Source: a virus (taxonomy: Duplodnaviria; Caudoviricetes). Taken from it: 58,499 nucleotides of DNA. Where the stretch lies: positions 1 through 58,499 of IMG/VR virus record IMGVR_UViG_3300022744_000032. One strand, written 5' to 3'. Shown in pieces: positions 35,789 to 46,102 of the stretch. Positions within the stretch are counted from its first letter, which is position 1. Every line of letters begins with the position of its first letter. Position numbers and translations under genes: made by a program. The notes under the pieces are model-generated. The model saw only the letters and a list, made by a program, of their open reading frames with translations, was not told the DNA's origin and made no database searches.

Positions 35789-37939
35789 ATGCGTCGCAAA
35801 AAATTCCGTAATAGTCGACCACTACACATGATGGACACATTCCCAGTACCTTCTGCTATATTGCGTAGCGGGCCATTGTCTTTACCTGCTCCTTTATATA
35901 AAGGAAAATACTCTGTAGATATGCAAAATGCAGTAATTGCACAACAAAATTCAGAACGCGCCCTTATTACCATAGAGGAGGGTATTAATACATATTCTGA
36001 AGAGATCGACCAACAGCAAGAATTGGCGAATACCCCTATCCCACAAAATCTTCCTGAAGTTTTTGTTGACATACTAGCGAGCAACCAACGTAGAGCGCAC
36101 ACTAGCATAATGCATCTTGAAGCTCGCCGCCTAGATGGTAAAAACTCACGTATAAATGCCATCGCCGAGATAGATCTGGCGATAAAAAACCAGAGTTACT
36201 TCAGTCCAAAATGTAAAGTTATTACCTCGAGAGATATTGTGCGAACCATCCGCCAACACCCGATGGTAAGCAAAACAGCAAAGATCCGGTTTTATGATAA
36301 CTATGTTATTTTCCGCACGATACCTATTTTATTGCAACCAAACAGCAACCCATATAAATGGATAAATAACGGAGGACCAGTTGTTGTTAAACTAGCCCCG
36401 ATGATTATCAGGGTCCATACAAAAACCATGGAAATCCGCATCCAGGCAGCGGAACACGGTGGATGGCGATCTAATTCACACTGGGACTACGCACCACACC
36501 CCCATGTTTTGAACAACGGAAAACCTTGTTTTGGTGATTTCGGACCGCCGATCGCAGAAACAATCGCTGAAGGAGATTTCGCCCTTATGCTGGATGTGCT
36601 TTACGCTTTTCTGCGTACTGCAGACAGCGGTGATTCCGCAGGAAAACACTGGCCTATGTTTCTTTTACCTGCTAACTGGCAACGAGATTCCAGGATGTTC
36701 AGCAGCACGGAACGACTTACACATGAATCCGTTTTGATAAATGGCACCGAATATACCCTCCAAGTGGATGATAATGGTGCGGTTACATATACCCCCTGGG
36801 AATGGAGGATTCCGCAGAATATACTCCCTGGCGTATTTCCTGAACGTCCTTTTCTTAAATTCTGGGATGGCACCAGTCTAATAGAAACCGGGGATATCGT
36901 TATACTCAATGGCACATACCCTCGGTGTGTTGCAGTTGATAACAAGGGAACAATTTTTTATGCAGAACAAAACGATCACCCTGCGATAACTCCGCGCAGT
37001 CAATGGAAGGCCATCGACGGCAATATCAGGGTGTCATCACTTATTAATATGGCAAACAAAAAAGAGATTTGTGCACGATATATTAATGATGTTTGGCGTC
37101 GACTACACGAAACAGAAAAACTGCGTGCTACAGCCCAGCAGCGCTGGAACCAATGGTTCCATACAACTCCACAACGGCCCAGCTGGAACCCCGGGCTTGT
37201 AGAGGTACATAGCGTAGGAAATTCCCTCCTGGTGATGAAGGTATTGAAAAGCATTTCTGTGCGTACCCAAGGACCGGGTTCGCGCCTTTTGCATAAATTG
37301 CCGGGCGAAACACTTCGTTTGGCGCACGACTATGATTGGTCAAAATTTCATGTTGAACAAACAGTAGAACCGGTACTTTTGCCTCCGACCACTGAACCTC
37401 CTGCAACTGAACTCCATGTAATAGTAGGACAGGAACCCTATAGCCTACGCGCATGGAATGGAACATCCCCCCTGCAAGCAAATGATGTTGTCTGTTGGCG
37501 AACCAATCCTACAATAGAGGGGTTCTGTGTAATAGCACCCCCGGGAGAGGAGGACCGTACTAATAGTGTACGAATTCTGCGTGACGGCACACTCCCGTGG
37601 GGGATTGCCCTAACAGCAGCGGCCCCCCGCGATGGCTTCATCACTCCACCACAAGAACTCCTGGAAGAATATTGGCACCAAGTAACCTTGCAGGCTCTGA
37701 TGGCAAATAACGCGGCCCAACGCCGCGAGGCTACCGACGCCACTCAAGAACCAGCACCGCAACCTGAAGAAAACCTTATCAGCCGAGCGCAGGCACGCAT
37801 GGATGCCGCACAAGCGCATTTAGTGTACTTAACTGCTTTGCGAGATAATGGCGGGGAACCGGTTATTATTACCCCTATGGATGTGGACATTTTAGGCCGG
37901 GGCGGCATTCCAGCACCCGAATGGTGTGAGGTGTGGTAA
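35789..37939 (+). CDS. Large protein with coiled coil, E2/UBC-like domain and long unknown C-terminal region
   Basis: HPHVLNNGKPCFG (Cys247) resembles the E2 HP[NH]...C active-site loop; operonic with E1, JAB and Ubl. Confidence 0.7.
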   Translation: MRRKKFRNSRPLHMMDTFPVPSAILRSGPLSLPAPLYKGKYSVDMQNAVIAQQNSERALITIEEGINTYSEEIDQQQELANTPIPQNLPEVFVDILASNQRRAHTSIMHLEARRLDGKNSRINAIAEIDLAIKNQSYFSPKCKVITSRDIVRTIRQHPMVSKTAKIRFYDNYVIFRTIPILLQPNSNPYKWINNGGPVVVKLAPMIIRVHTKTMEIRIQAAEHGGWRSNSHWDYAPHPHVLNNGKPCFGDFGPPIAETIAEGDFALMLDVLYAFLRTADSGDSAGKHWPMFLLPANWQRDSRMFSSTERLTHESVLINGTEYTLQVDDNGAVTYTPWEWRIPQNILPGVFPERPFLKFWDGTSLIETGDIVILNGTYPRCVAVDNKGTIFYAEQNDHPAITPRSQWKAIDGNIRVSSLINMANKKEICARYINDVWRRLHETEKLRATAQQRWNQWFHTTPQRPSWNPGLVEVHSVGNSLLVMKVLKSISVRTQGPGSRLLHKLPGETLRLAHDYDWSKFHVEQTVEPVLLPPTTEPPATELHVIVGQEPYSLRAWNGTSPLQANDVVCWRTNPTIEGFCVIAPPGEEDRTNSVRILRDGTLPWGIALTAAAPRDGFITPPQELLEEYWHQVTLQALMANNAAQRREATDATQEPAPQPEENLISRAQARMDAAQAHLVYLTALRDNGGEPVIITPMDVDILGRGGIPAPEWCEVW

Positions 37940-38121
37940 TGACAATCCAGGAACAGATTGCAATATTTTTCCGGAACGGCGGAGTGGGGGTTTGGTACCC
38001 CCCACACTGCTCCGCTATCCTACCTAAGCCGCCCTCTCCTACCGACAAAGAACAAAAAATCGTCCGCCCCGCTTACGTTACTGCGACCAAAGTGGAAGAC
38101 ATACTTACTTTGATCCTTTGA
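37939..38121 (+). CDS. Small hypothetical protein
   Basis: TAATG coupling to E2-like gene. Confidence 0.5.
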   Translation: MTIQEQIAIFFRNGGVGVWYPPHCSAILPKPPSPTDKEQKIVRPAYVTATKVEDILTLIL

Positions 38122-38123
38122 AA

Positions 38124-38140
38124 TATAGGTACTACCTGTT
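38124..38140. promoter_or_regulatory. 17-bp operator upstream of DNA polymerase
   Basis: TATAGG-TACTA-CCTGTT. Confidence 0.65.
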
Positions 38141-38190
38141 TTTCACTGAATCCGGTACACTTCTTTCTCATTGGACACAGGAGCCCGCGC

Positions 38191-40119
38191 ATGGCGGTCA
38201 TCACGCTTGATTTCGAGACCTTCTTCCGAACTGGGTACTCCCTCAGTTCTCTATCTTACGAAGAATATATTTTCCACCCTGAATTTTACGTACACAGCGT
38301 CGGGGTCAAGATCAACGACGAAACTACCCGCTATTACGCTGACAATGAAGTCCGTCCTGCCCTGCGCGAACTGTTTTTCCCCGGAAATCCGCACACATTG
38401 ATCTGCCACAACCTGATGTTCGATGGCGCAATCCTGTCCTGGTATTACGGCCTGGCAGCAAAAACGTACTGGTGCACACAGTGCATGAGTCGCGGACTCT
38501 GGCCCCAGGAGCGTACCAGTCTCGAACAACTTGCCATACGTTTATGGCCCGATAATTTATCCATGCGTAAAGGCAAGGAACTGGAAAATTTCCGTGGTGT
38601 AAAACAGCTGACCCCTGAACAGCACATAACTATGGGAGATTACTGTATCCAGGACGTGGACCTGACCTTCGCTGCAGCACGTGTCCTGGTTCCACGTATT
38701 CCGGACACAGAACTGGAAGCAATCCACTTCACGCTGTCCCGATTTTTACATCCTGTTGTTCGCGTTGACCATGCACGCCTTGTGAAATTTCTCGATGAAC
38801 ACCGGACCGAGCAAGAACGCATCATTCTGGCGGCCGGAATCTCCCCGGACTACGAGACCTCTCGCGCTATTCTGGCGAGTAATCTGAAATTCGCCGCCTG
38901 GCTCGAAAAAACCCACGGATTGGTGATTCCGAAAGTATTATCCCCGACCGCCAAAAACCCGGATAACGAGAAATTACCGCTATCAAAAGCGGACAAAGAA
39001 TTCATTGAACTGCAACTCGACCATCCTGAACTGAAACATGTCTGGATCGCCCGCATGATGGCGACCAGTAACATCGCCGAAACCCGCGCGATGCGATTGA
39101 TCGGGCACTCGTCTGTGTTTCCGAATCACCAGCTGGCCATCCCGAAACAATACTACGGGGCACACACAGGTCGCTGGTCTGGCTGCAACAAGATCAACAT
39201 GGAAAACCTCCAAGCAGGGTCACAACACCGCCTGGCGCTTATAGCACCGCCTGGCTACCGGATCGGCGTCGTGGATCTGGCCAATATCGAAGGCCGCGTT
39301 ATGGCGTGGTTCGCACAGCAACTGGACGTGTGTCAGGCATTCGCCGATAACGTCGACCTTTACGACCGGATGGCCACCGCGGTGTATGGATATGAAGTTC
39401 GCCGTAATCACGAAGTTATCGATCATGAAACCGGTAAAAAAATCAAGCCACATGCAAAAGAAGGGTTTGTTGGCAAGACGATGATCCTCGGCCTCGGCTA
39501 CGGCATGGGCGCGAAAAAGCTCCGCCACACCTTTCTTGTTGGCGGCCGCGGAGGAGAACACATGTTCTTTTCCCTCGCGGAGTGTGAACACTTTGTCCGT
39601 GTATATCGCAACGCAAATGATCGATTCGCGGCTTGCTGGGCATACGCCCAGAAAATGCTGTACCACATGACCTCCAAAGGCGAAGACCCAATCGTATGGC
39701 GCTGCCTTAAAGTCGGGTATCGATGGATAAAACTCCCCAACAATATGTACCTGAGTTATCCGAAACTGGAACGCGTGGAAGATGATCGTGGCAACATCCA
39801 GTACCAATACTGGAACGGTAAACACATGACCAGTATTCACGGCGCGAAATTGATCGAAAACATTATCCAGGCACTCAGCCGGATTATTCTGAATGACGCA
39901 CGTCGTGCTGTCACAGAACACCTTGCGCAGTACAACGATCCAAACCAGTGCGTACTGATGACCGTACACGATGAAATCGTTGCAATTCTTTCTGAAGAAA
40001 CAGTAGAAACAGACATGGACTTCATCCATGCCGCCATGAAACAAACACCAACATGGGCGGCGGATGGGCTGCTCGTATTAAACACAGCCGGGGGGCACGA
40101 TGTCTGCTACAGCAAATGA
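38191..40119 (+). CDS. Family A DNA polymerase with 3'-5' exonuclease
   Basis: Exo DFET/HNLMFD/YCIQD; motif A DLANIEGR, motif B KTMILGLGYG, motif C VHDE. Confidence 0.93.
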   Translation: MAVITLDFETFFRTGYSLSSLSYEEYIFHPEFYVHSVGVKINDETTRYYADNEVRPALRELFFPGNPHTLICHNLMFDGAILSWYYGLAAKTYWCTQCMSRGLWPQERTSLEQLAIRLWPDNLSMRKGKELENFRGVKQLTPEQHITMGDYCIQDVDLTFAAARVLVPRIPDTELEAIHFTLSRFLHPVVRVDHARLVKFLDEHRTEQERIILAAGISPDYETSRAILASNLKFAAWLEKTHGLVIPKVLSPTAKNPDNEKLPLSKADKEFIELQLDHPELKHVWIARMMATSNIAETRAMRLIGHSSVFPNHQLAIPKQYYGAHTGRWSGCNKINMENLQAGSQHRLALIAPPGYRIGVVDLANIEGRVMAWFAQQLDVCQAFADNVDLYDRMATAVYGYEVRRNHEVIDHETGKKIKPHAKEGFVGKTMILGLGYGMGAKKLRHTFLVGGRGGEHMFFSLAECEHFVRVYRNANDRFAACWAYAQKMLYHMTSKGEDPIVWRCLKVGYRWIKLPNNMYLSYPKLERVEDDRGNIQYQYWNGKHMTSIHGAKLIENIIQALSRIILNDARRAVTEHLAQYNDPNQCVLMTVHDEIVAILSEETVETDMDFIHAAMKQTPTWAADGLLVLNTAGGHDVCYSK

Positions 40120-40324
40120 TGTAAAACACCTTTTTATCCACCGCGGGGAAAACCAGTCGATGTTGATCAAAGTCGCCGACGTAGAATTCACAATCGGTGT
40201 ATCCAGCTTCAATATCAACCGGCGTAATGTTACGTTAAGCATCCGTGCGCCGAAATCTGTCAGTGTAACCCGCACTGAAACGCTCCTTTCTAACCAGGCA
40301 AACGGTGGAGCCCATGGCGAATGA
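40100..40324 (+). CDS. CsrA/RsmA-like protein (divergent)
   Basis: VTLSIRAPKSVSVTRTE resembles CsrA VRIGVNAPKEVSVHREE. Confidence 0.6.
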   Translation: MSATANDVKHLFIHRGENQSMLIKVADVEFTIGVSSFNINRRNVTLSIRAPKSVSVTRTETLLSNQANGGAHGE

Positions 40325-42776
40325 AATCCTCACGACATTTTTATCCGCAGCAAAACCCATTCGTAAAGCATTCACCCCAGACGGTGTTACCCCCTACCCT
40401 CTGGTAAAAAGTTTTACATCGCACCGCATAACATACCCGGCCACCCTTGCCGGCATGAAAGCACGCTTGAAAGACCAGCAACGCCATGCGGTACACGGAA
40501 ATTGTTTACTTCGGGGTAATACAACACGCGATTTGAAAAACGAATCCCGTAGCGGACAAGTAGACCCTCTGGCGTTGAACAATACCCTGGTCCTGGATAT
40601 TGATGCAATCCGGATTCCTCGCGGGGATGTATTATCCATCCGGGAAATGCACCGTCTGGCGCGAAAAATAATCCGGATGCTTCCTGCTTTTTTCCATGAC
40701 ACATCCTGTATCTGTAGCGCGTCATCCAGCATGGGCATGAAGCCGGGGCAAGTCAGTATGCACCTGGAATTCTGGTTGAGTACCGCGAAAGATCCTCGCT
40801 GGCATAAAGACTTACTACGCTGGTTGAACCTGGAAATTCCGCTATTCGATGAACAACTCGAATTGTCTGCTACAGGAACAACTTTCCGCTGGAAACTGGA
40901 CGCAGCCATGTCCAGCAACGCACAAATCCGATACATCGCCGTGCCTGAATTCCTTGGCGGAGTAGAAAATCCGCTCCCTGATATTCATGCACGCCATTTT
41001 TTGGTGATCGGAAAAAATTGCCTGATCGATCCATCCAAAATCGACCTACCAAAAAATGTAGACCAGCTGGTCACTCGCCGGGTAAATGCTGCCCGTGCGA
41101 CCGCAGGACTGCCAAGCAAAAAAGAGAACCTGGCGATGATCGGTCGCGAAGGCTCCCGTATTGCCGTTGTCACAAACCCTGATCACCTGGAAATGACCTA
41201 CGTACGTGACACAGATACATTCGTGTATTACAACGTCAACGGCGGTGATTCAAACGCGTACTACGTAAAAAAATATGAGCCGTATATTGTCCACAACTTC
41301 AAGGGCGAGCCTCCGTTTATTTTTGAAGCGGCAAGTCCGGAAACATACCGCCAGCATCTCGAACGCTGGGTTTTTTCGGAGGACCCCGAAGGAAAAAAGC
41401 CCGTACTTCCACCCGTGCCCATCGTGTTCAGGGAACCAGCAACGGACACCTATTTCAATGGCTTCATCGAACCTGGTACGGGGAAAGCCGTTGATTTGTA
41501 TTCTGTCCGCTCGACAAAGGCAATGGAAGATTTCATGGCGCAAAATGGTGGCACGATTCCAGACCCGATTCCTGAAATAAAACTGATTTTTGCACCACAA
41601 GAAAATTTCCGGTATGACGTAACCCAACGCCGGTTAAATACTTATTACCCACCAGATCTGGACCTTCAAATCCTTGAACGATTTTCCTGGCGTAATAGTC
41701 CGCAACATATGATGTATCACTGTCCTGCGACAACACTCCTGATCACACACGTGCTCGGGGGGGATACAGCAGCAGCCATGCACTTTTTTAACTGGCTCGC
41801 TATTGCATACCAGTTAAAAATAAAACACTCGACATGCTGGGTATGGCAAGGATGTCAAGGTACTGGCAAAGGTATCTTGTTTTCGCATGTACTGGCCCCT
41901 CTGTTCGGCCAGCAATTTTGCAAAAGTTCCACCATTGAAGTGCTAGAGGAACAATACAACGGATTCCTGGAAGATGCCCTACTGGTTATGTTTGATGAAT
42001 TCCGGCTGGATACATCGAAGCAAGCGGATAAATTGTACAACCGTGTCAAGAACCTGATCAGTGAAAAAGTGTTAGCCATACGACACATGTACCGCGGGGT
42101 TGCTCACCGGAATGTGTATTTCAACTGCATTTTCGCCTCGAATGACCGCGACGTGATCCGTGTACCACGCGATGATCGGCGCATGAATGTTGGGTCCCGC
42201 CAGGAAGTTCCACTTCGGAATGTCGTGGATGTCCCAACGCTGTTGATCGATTTAGGGCATGAAGTATCCAAGTTTGCTAGTGCGTTAATGGCCATGGACA
42301 CTGACCAGAGTATTGCTGCAGTTCCCTTCATAAATAACGCCCGCGCAGAATTACAAGAACTGTCCGAATCAACAATCGATGGATTTTGTATCGCAATAGA
42401 AAATGGTGATCTGGATTATTTCCTCCAGGTCCTGCTTCGTGACCAGGGCAGTATCCAGGATAATATCCTGGGAGCGGCCCGTACTGTCATGCGCGACTGG
42501 CTCCGACGTATCAGTTTTACTGCAACCGACGAACAAGAACAATTTTTCTGCACTATCGAAGAGTTACGTATCCTGTATAGTGCTATCTTAAAACCAGAAA
42601 ATAGTACGGTAAAATTTGGCCGGATTATGTCACTCCATGGAATAAAAAGCTTCCTCCGTAAACACAAAGGTGTGACAGAACGGGGACAATATATTACTTG
42701 GCAAGACCTCGACGCTACTCGGCTACAAGAACTACGTAACCGGTTCATGCCGGAAACTCTTCGCTCCGTATCATAG
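40314..42776 (+). CDS. Primase-helicase (SF3-type C-terminal helicase)
   Basis: N-terminal LDID...MHL primase-polymerase-like motifs; Walker A GCQGTGKG, Walker B VMFDE, FASN, DDRR. Confidence 0.85.
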   Translation: MANEILTTFLSAAKPIRKAFTPDGVTPYPLVKSFTSHRITYPATLAGMKARLKDQQRHAVHGNCLLRGNTTRDLKNESRSGQVDPLALNNTLVLDIDAIRIPRGDVLSIREMHRLARKIIRMLPAFFHDTSCICSASSSMGMKPGQVSMHLEFWLSTAKDPRWHKDLLRWLNLEIPLFDEQLELSATGTTFRWKLDAAMSSNAQIRYIAVPEFLGGVENPLPDIHARHFLVIGKNCLIDPSKIDLPKNVDQLVTRRVNAARATAGLPSKKENLAMIGREGSRIAVVTNPDHLEMTYVRDTDTFVYYNVNGGDSNAYYVKKYEPYIVHNFKGEPPFIFEAASPETYRQHLERWVFSEDPEGKKPVLPPVPIVFREPATDTYFNGFIEPGTGKAVDLYSVRSTKAMEDFMAQNGGTIPDPIPEIKLIFAPQENFRYDVTQRRLNTYYPPDLDLQILERFSWRNSPQHMMYHCPATTLLITHVLGGDTAAAMHFFNWLAIAYQLKIKHSTCWVWQGCQGTGKGILFSHVLAPLFGQQFCKSSTIEVLEEQYNGFLEDALLVMFDEFRLDTSKQADKLYNRVKNLISEKVLAIRHMYRGVAHRNVYFNCIFASNDRDVIRVPRDDRRMNVGSRQEVPLRNVVDVPTLLIDLGHEVSKFASALMAMDTDQSIAAVPFINNARAELQELSESTIDGFCIAIENGDLDYFLQVLLRDQGSIQDNILGAARTVMRDWLRRISFTATDEQEQFFCTIEELRILYSAILKPENSTVKFGRIMSLHGIKSFLRKHKGVTERGQYITWQDLDATRLQELRNRFMPETLRSVS

Positions 42777-42788
42777 GTACTACCTATA
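42772..42788. promoter_or_regulatory. 17-bp operator
   Basis: CATAGG-TACTA-CCTATA spanning stop/start junction. Confidence 0.7.
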
Positions 42789-43552
42789 TGACGTACACTC
42801 CTCCAGGGCCGGTATTCCAACCCGGCGTAAAATTGTCGATCCAGGATATCGCCCCGGATGCACAAAGTGGACTCGTAAAATCGTGGAGTTATTCCACGTT
42901 GAAAAAATTCGAGCAATGCCCCTATGCCGTATTTTTGTCCAAAGTTAAAAAGATACCTACGGAACAAGGCGAAGCCGCCGCTCGCGGGGAACGGATTCAC
43001 TTGCTGGGTGAACAATTCATCAAAGGTGAGTTAGAGGAATTCCCGGAAGAATTCAAACGCTACCGCGCGGGGCTCGAAAACCTGCGCGACCAATTCAATA
43101 TAGGCATGGCACGTGCCGAAGACGAATGGGCATTTACGTCAACCCTCACTCCCACGCTATGGACTGCCCCAGATGCCTGGTGCCGCATGAAACTGGACGC
43201 GCTGGAATTCAACGACGACACCTGCGTCACGGTTACAGATTTCAAGACCGGCCGTAAATTCGGCAACGAAATGGCACACGGACAGCAGTTACAGCTGTAT
43301 GCGATCGCAACATGTTGGACCTACCCCCAAGTCGAATACATCAAAACGCAGTGCTGGTATCTGGACCGGGACGAAGGCCCACTTAAACAAGAATACACCC
43401 GGACAGAAGCTCTCAGTTTTCAACCCCGGTGGACACAACGCGCGTTGAATTTAACCACGACCGTGAAATTTCCCCCGCAGCCTTCAAAAAATAATTGCCG
43501 GTGGTGTGATTTCGCTAAAAACGAAACATGCGAATGGAGATATCGACAATGA
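42788..43552 (+). CDS. PD-(D/E)XK (Cas4/RecB-like) exonuclease
   Basis: WSYSTLKKFEQCP, KLD...DFKTG, QLQLYA, CRWCDF...C. Confidence 0.88.
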   Translation: MTYTPPGPVFQPGVKLSIQDIAPDAQSGLVKSWSYSTLKKFEQCPYAVFLSKVKKIPTEQGEAAARGERIHLLGEQFIKGELEEFPEEFKRYRAGLENLRDQFNIGMARAEDEWAFTSTLTPTLWTAPDAWCRMKLDALEFNDDTCVTVTDFKTGRKFGNEMAHGQQLQLYAIATCWTYPQVEYIKTQCWYLDRDEGPLKQEYTRTEALSFQPRWTQRALNLTTTVKFPPQPSKNNCRWCDFAKNETCEWRYRQ

Positions 43553-43604
43553 TCTGGCTGGTTGAGTTACGCCTACACCTTGTTGAATTCCAACAGGAGT
43601 AAAT

Positions 43605-43751
43605 ATGGAAACTATCTACATCACTTGTGAAAACGGCGTCGTCACCGGAGTGTACACAACTACTCCACGGCACGATGTTGATGTCCAGGTTATTAACCTC
43701 GACACCACGCCCTCTGCAGTAGTTCCTGAAAGCGCATACCAACTTTATTGA
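43605..43751 (+). CDS. Small hypothetical protein (48 aa)
   Basis: RBS CAGGAG; METIYITCENGVVTGVY... Confidence 0.55.
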   Translation: METIYITCENGVVTGVYTTTPRHDVDVQVINLDTTPSAVVPESAYQLY

Positions 43752-43758
43752 GGATTTT

Positions 43759-44169
43759 ATGAGCAGTTTCATGTGCAGTGACAAACATATCGCAACCATT
43801 GTTAATTGGAGCGATGAACGCGAATTTTGTGGGTATAACAAACAACCCCGTGATTTCAGCCAGAAAGCAGTTACATGTCAGGAAATGGAACGCCTGAATC
43901 TCGAAGCACTGCATGTACGGTATCGAGATGAAATGGCACTTCCGAAACCCCTTGATGAATGGATCAAAATTCTACGGGGCCTACCCAATACCGCCCGTCC
44001 TGGCAGCGCTGCAGCGATGGCAAAACTTATCGGCTGCTTTCTCTACCAATGTGATGAAAGCCAGGCAATTCGCGAAAGCATTACGTTTACCACAATGCAA
44101 GGCGTAGAAAAAACCGCACTTATTCAAGCTGCGGGTATGAAATACGACGACGCTCCCTGGAGTATTTAA
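43759..44169 (+). CDS. Hypothetical protein
   Basis: MSSFMCSDKHI...NLEALHVRY...CFLYQCDE...APW pattern. Confidence 0.7.
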   Translation: MSSFMCSDKHIATIVNWSDEREFCGYNKQPRDFSQKAVTCQEMERLNLEALHVRYRDEMALPKPLDEWIKILRGLPNTARPGSAAAMAKLIGCFLYQCDESQAIRESITFTTMQGVEKTALIQAAGMKYDDAPWSI

Positions 44170-44170
44170 T

Positions 44171-44353
44171 ATGGACTATGGCTGGGTACGACAAGCAGAG
44201 ACACTGGCACTACTGAACGAATGCAAACTCGCTTTGTATGAAATCAAAAACACACGGTTACGTGCAACAGCCAGTAAAGATACCTACGAACTGGTAAAGA
44301 AAATCGAAAATTTCCTGGAGAAAAAAGATGTCAACGTACCGCCAGAATCTTGA
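44171..44353 (+). CDS. Small hypothetical protein
   Basis: RBS GGAG; co-oriented. Confidence 0.55.
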   Translation: MDYGWVRQAETLALLNECKLALYEIKNTRLRATASKDTYELVKKIENFLEKKDVNVPPES

Positions 44354-44513
44354 AAAACTGTTTTGCGCGCGCATGCCACTGGATCGCCTGGTCAGTGCAA
44401 AAGAGAACAATATTGATGCGCTCGAAATGCTCACGCAACTGGTTAATGCCTCTGTTGAAAACCAGGCATTGAAAACTGAAGTCGAAAAACTAAAGGCGGC
44501 GTCCAATGGATAG
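44328..44513 (+). CDS. Small hypothetical protein
   Basis: RBS GGAG; overlaps neighbours. Confidence 0.55.
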   Translation: MSTYRQNLEKLFCARMPLDRLVSAKENNIDALEMLTQLVNASVENQALKTEVEKLKAASNG

Positions 44514-45909
44514 TATCAACACTAAACCTTTGTTCGAATCGCAGCAACGATTCATCAATTTCGCGTTGAGCCATACCAGCGGGTATCGAATTTTCAACAC
44601 CAGTGACCCCGGTACTGGAAAAACACGGGCGTCGCTCGAAGCCTGGCACCAATCCCCCAATCGAAAACGACTGCTGGTAGTTGCCCCGCTTTCAATCTTG
44701 CGCCCCGCCTGGGGGCAGGATATCGAGACCTACTTCCCTGGAGTAGGTTTCCGGATCGCGCACGGTTCGTCCGAAGAACGATTAGCGGCGTTTACTTCCT
44801 GCGCTGATGTTGTTCTGATCAACCACGACGGCGTGAAATGGATCCAGGCCGCAGTAAATGACAAGAAACTGGACCTGAAAGATTTCAGTCACCTGATCAT
44901 CGATGAATTCACGGCGTTCAAGCACCGGGAAACGCAACGCGGACACAGTGCATTACATCTATCCTCGCGAATTGAGAACATGATCCTATTGGGTGGTACC
45001 CCAAACAGTAATGAAGTCACTGACATCTGGTTCCCTGCGTATCTATTAGATCGCGGCATGCGACTAGGAGATAGTTTTTTCCGATTCCGCATGCAGGTCG
45101 CAAACAGCAAACAAGTCGGCCCGAAACCCAACATGGTGAAATGGGTTGAACGCGTTGGCGCGCGGGAATGGATTGCTGACAAACTTCGCGACATCACTTT
45201 TCGCGTAACACTCGAAGAATGCCTGGATATGCCTGAGCACATCGTTAATACGATGTACATCGATATGCCGATGCCCGTCATGAAGCATTACCAGGCGATG
45301 GAGAAATTCTCTATCACGGAATTTGATGGGTACATGGTCGATGCTGTGCACGCCGGTGCGCGAGCGAAAAAATTACTCCAGATTTTATCCGGCGCAGTGT
45401 ACCGCCCTGATGGAGAAATCCAGAAGGTATTCAACGACCGGTATGAACTGGTCCTGGATCTGGTTGAACAACGCGAACATTGTGTTGTTGCGTTTAACTG
45501 GAAGCACGAACGCGATGGGCTCCTCGCAGAGGCAAAACGCCGCGGGTTACGGTACGGCGTCATTGACGGTGACACGCCCCCGGATATGCGAAATACAATT
45601 ACCACCCAATTCCAGGCGGGCGAATTGGATGTAATTTTCGCACACCCACAAAGCGCGGCGCATGGTTTTACCTGGACCCGTGGCACGACAACGATCTGGT
45701 GCAGTCCTACGTACAACGCTGAACATTATCAACAATTCAACCGCCGCATTTACCGTGCAGGCCAGACACAACGAACAGAAACCATCCGTATTGCAGCGCG
45801 GGATACCTGTGAAGAAGCTGTATACAACACGCTCGACGGAAAAATGACCAGCATGCAAGATTTACTTGCATTGATGTGCGACATGACACGCTTACGGGAG
45901 GCAGGATAA
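44506..45909 (+). CDS. SNF2-like superfamily II helicase
   Basis: DPGTGKT, LVVAP, IIDEF, LGGTP, QFNRRIYRAGQ. Confidence 0.9.
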   Translation: MDSINTKPLFESQQRFINFALSHTSGYRIFNTSDPGTGKTRASLEAWHQSPNRKRLLVVAPLSILRPAWGQDIETYFPGVGFRIAHGSSEERLAAFTSCADVVLINHDGVKWIQAAVNDKKLDLKDFSHLIIDEFTAFKHRETQRGHSALHLSSRIENMILLGGTPNSNEVTDIWFPAYLLDRGMRLGDSFFRFRMQVANSKQVGPKPNMVKWVERVGAREWIADKLRDITFRVTLEECLDMPEHIVNTMYIDMPMPVMKHYQAMEKFSITEFDGYMVDAVHAGARAKKLLQILSGAVYRPDGEIQKVFNDRYELVLDLVEQREHCVVAFNWKHERDGLLAEAKRRGLRYGVIDGDTPPDMRNTITTQFQAGELDVIFAHPQSAAHGFTWTRGTTTIWCSPTYNAEHYQQFNRRIYRAGQTQRTETIRIAARDTCEEAVYNTLDGKMTSMQDLLALMCDMTRLREAG

Positions 45910-46102
45910 TGCCACTTTTTGGAGGATTTTTGCCCGCACTTTATTTCAAACGCTGCTATTTTGATCGGCACGGCAGATTATTTTTACCTGTCAATCGTCA
46001 TGCCCCTGCTCCTTCCACTGCAGTTGAATCAGGGTCCGCCCTGTGCTTCGAATGGCTGGGGCATGGGGTTATCGTTTTAATCACAGATATCCGGGAGCTA
46101 GT

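Noticed and set aside
42788-43552. Cas4 as part of a CRISPR system
   Set aside because: Stand-alone phage PD-(D/E)XK exonuclease in the replication module; no other cas genes or array
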